DNA of 6,274 nucleotides from Andalucia godoyi And28 (GCA_009859145.1 VRVR01000021.1:1-6274); one strand, 5' to 3'. Positions 1 through 6,274 are shown, numbered from the stretch's first letter. Made by a program: numbers and translations. Notes: a model not told the origin generated them from the sequence alone.

Positions 1-1
1 C

Positions 2-299
2 GTCGCATCGTTACTGCGATCCGCGGGTCGACCGAGGTGCCCAGTGCCAAGACGCGCAGGAAGGTGTCGAAGTGCGGTGCTTCGAGGCTGCCAGCGGTTT
101 TCGAGACTGCTGCTTTGCCGCGGACACAAGCCGAGCATCGTTCCGCCGCTGCTGCTGAAGCCGAGGGCGATCTGTGCACTCTGTACTTGACGATGCGCAG
201 CTCGCGGTAGCAGTATGCAGTAAACAAGATGTATGCACGATTGGAGATTCCACGATTCCGATTCACACGCACCGAGCGGAGACCCACTCGCTCCTTTCC
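2..299 (-). other. possible coding segment or gene remnant running off the left edge, product unknown
   Basis: Stop-free minus frame 299->2 (...RAYILFTAYCYRELRIVKY...APHFDTFLRVLALGTSVDPRIAVTMR) with visibly G/C-rich third positions. There is no ATG before position 7, and the other minus frames are also largely open, so the true frame is uncertain. Confidence 0.25.
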
Positions 300-569
300 T
301 CATCAGTCGCTTGTCATAAAAGCCAGACAGCAGAGATGGTGGGTTGCCTCATGTGTTTGCCAGCAATGAGCACACAGAAGGCCATGGACCGTTGGCGAGC
401 ACCTTCACGACTACTGTGTAAATGTCGTAAGCACAGTACCTCTGATGATGGATCGGCAATGCTCAGCGTGCTGCATTCATAAAAAACAGCTCACCCTAAG
501 AAAGCATTCTTCCCGCGAAATAAACGACTGTAGTCGGGAATTAGGTAATTAATATTTTACGTATAACTC

Positions 570-1028
570 CTAAACGGCGTCGTCCCCAAGAGAATTTCTT
601 TTGCCAGATTGCTCGCCGTCCCCGACTCTACCAGTCCCCAGCATTACCTCAGAAAAAGTGCTGTGGACCATTTTCCGTATTTGTACTAACCAAAATAACA
701 CGGAGATAAACACTTCTACGTACTGCAAAACGCTGCGGGACAAATGTTTCCAATAGACGGAAGCGTGCCCAATCACTGAATAAATCAGAGTTTTTGGTTC
801 CGAAGGCTGTGGATTTTCCACAGACGTTACAGCAGCATCTGGAACGGACGAAACTTCGTCGGCAGTCACCCGGTCTGTTTTCGTCGCTGGATCGAGTTCA
901 AAGTGGGTCGGTTCCGTGGAGCACCCACTCCGCTCAAAAATACCGTCTGCTATTTCCGCAGAGCCGTCGATAGACGCACAACTCCGACAAGGAGCTCGGT
1001 TGTTGTCTGGCGAACCACATTCAATCAT
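570..1028 (-). CDS. hypothetical protein (152 aa), possibly the C-terminal part of a longer interrupted ORF; one hydrophobic segment near the C-terminus
   Basis: True ATG at 1028-1026 and TAG at 572-570, followed by an AT-rich tract (480-569) that could be a 3' UTR. An acidic/Pro/Ser-rich middle precedes VLQYVEVFISVLFWLVQI-RK. No family recognised. Confidence 0.35.
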   Translation of the reverse strand: MIECGSPDNNRAPCRSCASIDGSAEIADGIFERSGCSTEPTHFELDPATKTDRVTADEVSSVPDAAVTSVENPQPSEPKTLIYSVIGHASVYWKHLSRSVLQYVEVFISVLFWLVQIRKMVHSTFSEVMLGTGRVGDGEQSGKRNSLGDDAV

Positions 1029-1469
1029 TCGAAGTCAAAAGAAGACCCCTTCGTTCACGGACAAGGAATCATGGCTCCCGATTGCGTCGACGTGTGGTTT
1101 CAAAAAGCACAGCTGCGGAAACCAGGGACTCCATGCAGCTGGCATCACTTGAACGTAGCAACCAGATTTGGAGTGAACTGCTTCTACAGTACGGGAGTCT
1201 GTCGGGGGTTGCTGTTTTTTCCTGCTTGGGCGTACGGGGTCCGAGGACTACTGTCGTGCTGGTGCGAATTGCAGACCAGCTCGTCTCTGTCCTGTCATCC
1301 GCTCTCATGCTATGTTGAGTGAACTTCCGCAAGAACCTCACACAGCGATTGGTCTCCGCGCGCTCAAGCTGCAAGAGCTGTGGAAATCTTCAAAAGTTGC
1401 AACTGTGCTCGTTCCGCCTTCTCTTGAAATTCGGGTGGAATCACCGTCTTGGCATCACGTTCGGTCACG

Positions 1470-3377
1470 ATGTCCATTGAACGTCAGAACTTGGGCAAGG
1501 ATTCCAAGGGACGCGTGAGCTCCGTGAATGGGTCGATTGGCGGCGCTGCGGAGTCATTCGAGCAAGAAGAGTATGCTGTCTTTTGGGACATTGAGAACTG
1601 TCCCGTGCCCAAAGCGGTGTCGGCATATCAAGCAGCACAGAGCGTTCGACGAATGTTGAACGAATCCGGATGCAGAAAGGAGTTATCGTTTCGTTGTTAT
1701 GCAAACATCAGCTCGGTTCCGGTTCCTGTGCAAGAGGGGCTGAGCCTTGCCAACGTGGAGATTGTGCATGTTGTGGACAAGAAACCTGGAGCTGCGGACC
1801 GGGCGATCTTTCTGGCTTTGGATCGATTCGAGCGGAGTTCTCGCGACGGTCAGGCTCCTGCAAAGATCGTGCTCATCACCGGGGATGTGGATTTCATTGG
1901 GAAAGTGCACGACCTAGTGCACCAAGCTGGTCATCATGTGACCGTGGTTGTGAACAAGGTCGCAAAACACGAACTCCGAAATGCTGCCTCGAGATGCGTT
2001 ACGTGGTCGGATGTGCTAAGTGCGGCGTCTTCATCTTCTGTCACTGCCACTGCCACTGCCACTTCCACTGCATCCAAGAGAAACGGCGTGCAGGTGCCTG
2101 AGCATCCATCCCGAGCTGCGATTGCATCTTCTTCTGCAGCAAATACTGTCAAATCTTCGAAGCCGCAGCATGCACCACAATCGACGACTCACCTTGTTCT
2201 GAAGGGCGGGCCGTCTGTTGCACCTGTGGTAGTTGTTGGATGCAGCGATTGCGGCCGAACATTCAACTCGGATGTGGCAAGACGACAACACTTGTCTGCG
2301 ACGAATCACAAGTGCAGCTGTCCGTCTTGTCCGAAGACGTTCGCCAACGTTCACAGCCTGGAAACTCACCAAGAAAGCACAGGTCACACGTTTGAAGCGT
2401 ACTCCCGGGCGGCTGTATCTCATTCGTCGACCCGAAAGCACCGGAAGGCTAAAGGGGGGGAGTTTGCTTGCATGGAATGTGATCGAGTGTTTGCTTCGCC
2501 ACAGGCCCTGAATCAGCATCAAACGGCAACAGGGCATTGCAACGGTGATGACGACGAGGTTGACGGTGCCCATGAACCTCTCATTCCATGTCCTCAGTGC
2601 AACCGTGCGTTCCACAGTGTCAATGCTGTGCATCAACACCAAGACGACGCGAATCATTTGTTTGAATGCGAGGTTTGCTCCTCGCATTTCTTCACTTCCA
2701 ATGATTTGCACCGTCATCAAGCAACGTTCGACCATCTTCAAACCTGCCCTGGTTGTTCAAAGGCTTTCGAGACAATCGCCAAGCTGGAAGATCATATTGC
2801 GCGGGTTGGTCATTTCTACAAGTGCACGAGGTGTCAAGCACCTTATGCATCCAAGAGAGCGTTCGAGGCGCATACCCGGACCTGCTCGCATGTCGATCAA
2901 TCTTTGCAGCCTGTTCGGTGCGGCGAGTGTCGTTCCGTATTCCCGTCGATGGAATCGTTTGTCCGTCACAAGCGGCTGTCAATGTGTAAGCCTGCTGTGT
3001 CGGAACCAAGCAGCCAGCAGAGCACGCAAGGGACACAAGGCACACCTCAGATGGGTGCGCCAGAATTTAGTAGGATGCAATCCTTGAGCACAAATGCTCG
3101 AGTGTCGTCTTCGTCGTCCAGTAGTCCATCCGCAGGCGACGCCCGCGCCAGTGTTGACAGAGCACCTTCATCCGGTTCGTCTTCGGGATCGACGCAAATG
3201 CGATTTCTGCAAGGGATTCTTGGTGGCATGCTGTCTCCACTCGTGTCATTGGTGCAGTCCCAAGCGTCGCCAACACGACCCAAGGCTTGCAGTGAATGTG
3301 GCGCATCGTTTTACCTGGATTCTGAGCTTCAGGACCATCTTCTCGCCCACCGAGTCCAAAACGGATATGATTCTTGA
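1470..3377 (+). CDS. NYN-domain (limkain-b1/MARF1-type PIN-fold) putative ribonuclease fused to a nine-finger C2H2/C2HC zinc-finger region, 635 aa
   Basis: Uninterrupted ORF. The track start at 1449 is TTG; the first ATG is 1470 and the stop is TGA 3375-3377. It carries the NYN motifs AVFWDIENC, KPGAAD and IVLITGDVDF, then nine C-x2-C-x12-H units. Confidence 0.92.
   Translation: MSIERQNLGKDSKGRVSSVNGSIGGAAESFEQEEYAVFWDIENCPVPKAVSAYQAAQSVRRMLNESGCRKELSFRCYANISSVPVPVQEGLSLANVEIVHVVDKKPGAADRAIFLALDRFERSSRDGQAPAKIVLITGDVDFIGKVHDLVHQAGHHVTVVVNKVAKHELRNAASRCVTWSDVLSAASSSSVTATATATSTASKRNGVQVPEHPSRAAIASSSAANTVKSSKPQHAPQSTTHLVLKGGPSVAPVVVVGCSDCGRTFNSDVARRQHLSATNHKCSCPSCPKTFANVHSLETHQESTGHTFEAYSRAAVSHSSTRKHRKAKGGEFACMECDRVFASPQALNQHQTATGHCNGDDDEVDGAHEPLIPCPQCNRAFHSVNAVHQHQDDANHLFECEVCSSHFFTSNDLHRHQATFDHLQTCPGCSKAFETIAKLEDHIARVGHFYKCTRCQAPYASKRAFEAHTRTCSHVDQSLQPVRCGECRSVFPSMESFVRHKRLSMCKPAVSEPSSQQSTQGTQGTPQMGAPEFSRMQSLSTNARVSSSSSSSPSAGDARASVDRAPSSGSSSGSTQMRFLQGILGGMLSPLVSLVQSQASPTRPKACSECGASFYLDSELQDHLLAHRVQNGYDS
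1572..2018 (+). other. NYN ribonuclease domain (limkain-b1 N-terminal type)
   Basis: Acidic active-site residues at codons 1587 (FWD), 1797 (AAD), 1884 and 1890 (GDVD), with the alternating beta/alpha pattern of the PIN fold. Confidence 0.9.
2043..2072 (+). repeat. coding hexamer microsatellite (ACTGCC)3 plus two degenerate copies, encoding TATATATSTA
   Basis: actgcc actgcc actgcc acttcc actgca, in the Ser/Thr/Ala linker after the NYN domain. Confidence 0.85.
2241..2987 (+). other. array of eight zinc fingers (F1-F8)
   Basis: Numbered from the 642-aa track protein: C265-H287, C291-H313, C341-H363, C381-H403, C407-H429, C433-H455, C459-H481 and C491-C513. All have C-x2-C-x12-H. F1-F7 have H-x5-H (F7 also has a Cys at H+4); F8 is H-x5-C. 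Confidence 0.9.
3288..3350 (+). other. isolated C-terminal classical C2H2 finger (F9)
   Basis: CSECGASFYLDSELQDHLLAH = C-x2-C-x12-H-x3-H, separated from F8 by about 100 aa of Ser/Gln-rich sequence. Confidence 0.85.
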
Positions 3378-3496
3378 CGCGAGTGAACAATCCGGAAACC
3401 GTTATCTGGCAGCTTTATGGACTCGAAGAAAAGATCGGCCGGTCAACCACATGCAGTTGCCCAAGCGATTTGTGGTGGGAAAGAAACTTGAATGAG

Positions 3497-3825
3497 TTAT
3501 CCAACCGGTCGGTACGTCTCTCGCGCACGTCGCTTGACAAGTATCCAGATGACGCCCGCGATCGCAGCAAGTCCCACGATGCCTCCAATGGCACCCCCAC
3601 AATAGCGCCAGTGTGCTTGTCGTCGTCGTCGTCGTGATGGCTGGGACCGGGAGAGGGCTTCCGCTCTTGACAGGGAAGACTTGAATCTGGCACTGGACAT
3701 GAGAGAAATCCTGCGCGCCCCGAAGTATCCTGCAATTTCAAAACCCACTGGTTCGCGACTTCCGAGAACACGTACAGTGCAGCAGTCTCTCGCATTCTCT
3801 TGGCCGTTACCCAGTAGTCTGCCAT
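3497..3825 (-). pseudogene. frameshifted remnant of a single-pass (type I-like) membrane protein
   Basis: Adding one base to the C5 run at 3594-3598 joins the ORFs 3415..3825 and 3497..3748 into ...KPSPGPSHHDDDDDKHTGAIVGGAIGGIVGLAAIAGVIWILVKRRARETYRPVG*: a Pro/Asp stalk, a Gly-rich TM helix, a basic stop-transfer motif and TAA at 3499-3497. The 5' end is undetermined. Confidence 0.65.
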
Positions 3826-4233
3826 GTTCTCAGTCTGATGCTCCCTTGTTCGTTCCGCGCAAACCTCGTGCTATCATTCTGCAAATGGTCGCACCGTCGT
3901 TCACGGAGATCCGACAGCTTCTCTTCTTGACCGACACGACGCAATTCCACTCTGTTCAGCAAGCGGCAAACACGCCCTAGGTGTCGGGTGCAAGGAAGTG
4001 TGAGGCTGTGTGAGCCGACGGTAGTCGATTGGTCGAGGGGAAGCCCCTGCATTTTTTCCTAAACACGACTGGAGGGTAGGAACTTCACTTCGAGTGGTAT
4101 TATTTGTTGTATTGTTCCGTTCTGCGCAAGAACCCCTTTTTCACCTCCACAAGTTTCGTGGCTTTTATTTTTTGGGAGCGAATCTGCAAAATGTGTGTCA
4201 TACTTAAAGGAAGAAACCGTAAACGAATCCACC

Positions 4234-4790
4234 ATGCAAGCACTTCAAAGCTGGGAGAAGCGATCCTTGGTGAAAAGCCAGTGTCGACAGTGACGTCGCA
4301 ACCTCGGACAGACCCGTCTGGTGCAAAGATGCACGCACTTTCGTGGCAAGGTGTTGAACAGATTGGGTACACCGAGCATCCGAAGCCTGCTATTACGGAA
4401 GCGCAGGACATTGTCCTGAGAGTCACGGCGACTACCGTATGTGGTTCTGACCTGCATCTCTGTGCAGGAGACATGCCTGCAATGCACAAGGAAGACATCA
4501 TCGGCCATGAATTCATGGGAATTTTGGAGAGTGTCGGTCCGAAAGTTGCGACTTTGAAGGTGAGAGATCGAGTTGTGTGCAGTTTTGACATTGCATGCGG
4601 CACTTGTGATTACTGCAAACGAGAGGAGTACACAGGATGTGATATGACCAATCCCAGCAAGCTCATGGAGTACATGTATGGACATTGAACCGCGGGTATG
4701 CACGGATACAGCGGTATGACCGGTGGATATCCCGGCGGTCAGGCAGAGTATGTACGGGTTCCTTTCACAGATGTGAACTGCTTGAATATA
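4234..4790 (+). pseudogene. Zn-dependent MDR-family alcohol dehydrogenase (glutathione-dependent formaldehyde dehydrogenase-like), disrupted; N-terminal GroES-like domain only
   Basis: Motifs TTVCGSDLH, GHEFMG, structural Zn site CGTCDYC-x7-C and [14 protein letters not shown]. In-frame TGA at 4686-4688, with homology continuing past it to codon 4788-4790. The likely original start ccaccATG at 4234 needs +1 A at 4247-4249 (MQALQKLGEAILGEKP). The Rossmann domain is absent because the gene is cut at 4791. Confidence 0.9.
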
Positions 4791-4808
4791 CACTACTGAA
4801 TAAAAATG
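4791..4808 (+). repeat. CACTA terminal inverted repeat (one copy; true length unknown)
   Basis: CACTACTGAATAAAAATG: CACTAC followed by an A-rich run, as is typical of CACTA TIRs. The partner TIR is outside the window. Confidence 0.75.
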
Positions 4809-4827
4809 AACCCAAACCCTTTTTTTC

Positions 4828-4907
4828 GAGATGCCCTTGTGACGTCTTTCTGATCTTGTGACATTTATCCTCTTGCACAGATAACCGAAGCATCACAAGC
4901 GCGTCTC
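4828..4907. repeat. subterminal repeats of the CACTA element
   Basis: CTTGTGAC direct copies at 4836-4843 and 4855-4862, and an inverted copy ATCACAAG at 4892-4899. This extends to a 15-bp inverted repeat, 4828-4842 (gagatgcccttgtga) versus 4893-4907 (reverse complement gagacgcgcttgtga), 13/15 identical. Confidence 0.75.
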
Positions 4908-4938
4908 TTTAATAATCATAGAAAGTCCTTTGAAAACA

Positions 4939-4944
4939 TTTATT
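4939..4944 (-). terminator. candidate polyadenylation signal for the transposase transcript
   Basis: AATAAA on the minus strand, 36 nt past the transposase TAA, in an AT-rich tract with an adjacent ATTAAA (4944-4949). Confidence 0.4.
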
Positions 4945-4980
4945 TTAATTGTAAAAAAAAAAGTTGCCAATTTTGCAGTA

Positions 4981-6273
4981 TTATAACCCAACCCCTTCGA
5001 TAGAGGTCGGATGGCGGGACAGCTCCAGAACAAGGTGAGCTCGCCCGCGCATCATTTCTTGTAGAACGATATGTGCGCCGATGAGATGCAGTGGCACAAG
5101 CTCAGTTGCATTCGACTGGCTCCATCGCTTTCCAACATCAACAACCGCATATCCCGAGACGGCGTGAGTGGGTAAACGAAGAAAACCCTGTACTTGTGCA
5201 AAGGCCAGATGGACACCATTTGTAGGAGACGAGCGGCAAACAAACAATTTGAGAATTTTGCAATACATCTTCGGAGAGAACATGACGGACACCGTACTGT
5301 TGCAAAAGAGTTGTACGGGGCAACTGGTAGCAAAAGATGCAAGCTGCAACGGCCCCCAGTGATTGGCGCAGTATACTCTGTGAAAACATATTATATCTTG
5401 ACACGGCACTTCAATACGTCGTGCAAAATATGCCAAGTCCTCTTCGGTAGCAATATTGGAACGACCAAACTCTCTCACTGCTTTTTGATATAGAGGACCG
5501 TATTCAGGATCGAACATGGATCTCCACTTCATCACGGCTGCGGTGACGAGAGGTGTAGCACACTCAACAGTCATACCACTTTCACTGAATTGCACGTCTC
5601 CAGAATGCGTGTATTGCTTAGCATGAGGACGGAAAATGAATGTGTTCCTCGGCTGGGCAGTAACTCTGAACGATTCGAGATGCTCCCACACAGAAGTGTT
5701 ACCCAGCCAGCATTCCATCTCAGACAAAAACAGTCTATGATGCAGTCCGTCGGAGAGTTGAGAAAATGCCTGATTCGGAGCGGTTATCAAAGCGGACGAT
5801 TCTTTGATAAAGGCTTCGAGAGGGAATGTCCAGTGATGACACAGAGGTCCATGCCGCCTGGTAACCATCCCGACATGCAAGAGGGCGTGGAACGCGAATC
5901 GACACTCAGCTGCGCCGGCAAGCCTTTCGAATGCCTGACATGCCCTTGAAAAATGGTACTCCATTCTCACAATGTCCTCTTCTTGTAACGTCGTACACGA
6001 GGCCAGAAAGAATCCGATGCTAAAGTCCCGGAAGCACTGGTAGAACTCTGGATGGACCACCAAATCGTAAAACAGAAATGGGATGAGATAGATCAGAAAG
6101 TTCATATGATCCACCATTTTCCACTGCCTCCCTTTCGAGAACGACTTAACGACACTCATATGGCTCGGAAATCGTAGGCTGCTCAACCGCCTGTCAGCGA
6201 TCTTAATGTTTTCCGCTGTCAGCAGATTCCAGGATCGTGTCAAGATCGTAGCGGTCGAGGAAGTGGTTCGATT
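4981..6273 (-). CDS. En/Spm (CACTA) transposase, C-terminal part (5'-partial)
   Basis: The frame is open from the window edge (NRTTSSTATIL precedes the TTG the track used) to TAA at 4983-4981. Motifs RRLSSLRFP...WKMVDHMNFLIY, H-x3-H (FHALLH, codons 5889 and 5877) and GPL...WTFPLE (Glu at 5817-5815) match the H(3-4)H...E end of the CMC-superfamily DDE core. Confidence 0.85.
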   Translation of the reverse strand, partial: NRTTSSTATILTRSWNLLTAENIKIADRRLSSLRFPSHMSVVKSFSKGRQWKMVDHMNFLIYLIPFLFYDLVVHPEFYQCFRDFSIGFFLASCTTLQEEDIVRMEYHFSRACQAFERLAGAAECRFAFHALLHVGMVTRRHGPLCHHWTFPLEAFIKESSALITAPNQAFSQLSDGLHHRLFLSEMECWLGNTSVWEHLESFRVTAQPRNTFIFRPHAKQYTHSGDVQFSESGMTVECATPLVTAAVMKWRSMFDPEYGPLYQKAVREFGRSNIATEEDLAYFARRIEVPCQDIICFHRVYCANHWGPLQLASFATSCPVQLFCNSTVSVMFSPKMYCKILKLFVCRSSPTNGVHLAFAQVQGFLRLPTHAVSGYAVVDVGKRWSQSNATELVPLHLIGAHIVLQEMMRGRAHLVLELSRHPTSIEGVGL

Positions 6274-6274
6274 C

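Larger units (their letters stand above)
4791..6274 (-). mobile_element. CACTA (En/Spm, CMC superfamily) DNA transposon, 3' end; continues beyond the window
   Basis: CACTA pentamer exactly where dehydrogenase homology stops, subterminal direct and inverted repeats, an AT-rich 3' region, and an En/Spm-like transposase C-terminus on the minus strand. Confidence 0.85.

Noticed and set aside
510-540. Overlapping hairpins (ttcccg/cgggaa and cgact/agtcg) in the AT-rich tract, considered as a Helitron end or terminator
   Set aside because: The stems are only 5-6 bp, mutually exclusive, and there is no properly placed CTRR terminus.
903-1322. DVWFQK resembling the homeodomain WFQN motif in the 139-aa plus ORF
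   Set aside because: The invariant Asn and helices 1-2 are missing, so this is a chance match.
1449-1469. Track start of the NYN ORF at 1449
   Set aside because: The codon is TTG. In a eukaryotic context the ATG at 1470 is preferred, and an in-frame TGA at 1425-1427 rules out a longer ATG-initiated form without splicing.
2031-2741. 236-aa minus ORF and other ORFs overlapping the NYN gene, dehydrogenase or transposase (e.g. 2545..3087, 4100..4603, 4245..4793, 5590..5949)
   Set aside because: These are antisense or off-frame shadows of well-supported coding regions, with no motifs.
2241-2987. CRISPR-like or DNA tandem array underlying the finger repeats
   Set aside because: The periodicity is only at the protein level; there are no identical DNA repeats with spacers.
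4085-4158. Initiator-like TCACTTC (4085-4091) and INR/FPR-like TCACCTCCACAAGTTT (4141-4156) upstream of the dehydrogenase
   Set aside because: The motifs are short and degenerate, the second is imperfect, and the host lineage is unknown, so they cannot be supported without TSS data.
4104-4233. N-terminal extension MLYCSVLRKNPFF... of the 194-aa ORF
   Set aside because: It has a TTG start and T-rich UTR/promoter-like sequence. The ccaccATG at 4234 with a 1-bp deletion better explains the homologous N-terminus.
4686-4688. TGA as a recoded sense codon (selenocysteine or alternative genetic code)
   Set aside because: The position corresponds to a probable Arg (CGA>TGA), the gene has other lesions, and the intact NYN gene appears to end with TGA.
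4809-4820. aacccaaaccct as a telomere-like repeat
   Set aside because: Only two imperfect units, lying inside the transposon subterminal region.

Overview
Eukaryotic-style, apparently intron-poor DNA of roughly 50% GC; the organism cannot be assigned from this window. The one clearly intact host gene (1470..3377, +, 635 aa) fuses a limkain-b1/MARF1-type NYN (PIN-fold) ribonuclease domain, with all four catalytic Asp present, to nine C-x2-C-x12-H zinc fingers. Most fingers close with H-x5-H and several are joined by only 3-residue linkers, so the protein looks like an RNA-reading zinc-finger nuclease. To its right lie a frameshifted remnant of a single-pass membrane protein (-) and a Zn-dependent MDR alcohol/formaldehyde dehydrogenase pseudogene (+). 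The dehydrogenase is cut exactly at a CACTA terminus (4791) that opens an En/Spm (CACTA) DNA transposon with subterminal repeats and a 5'-truncated transposase ORF on the - strand. The left 1.4 kb holds only weak or interrupted ORFs.
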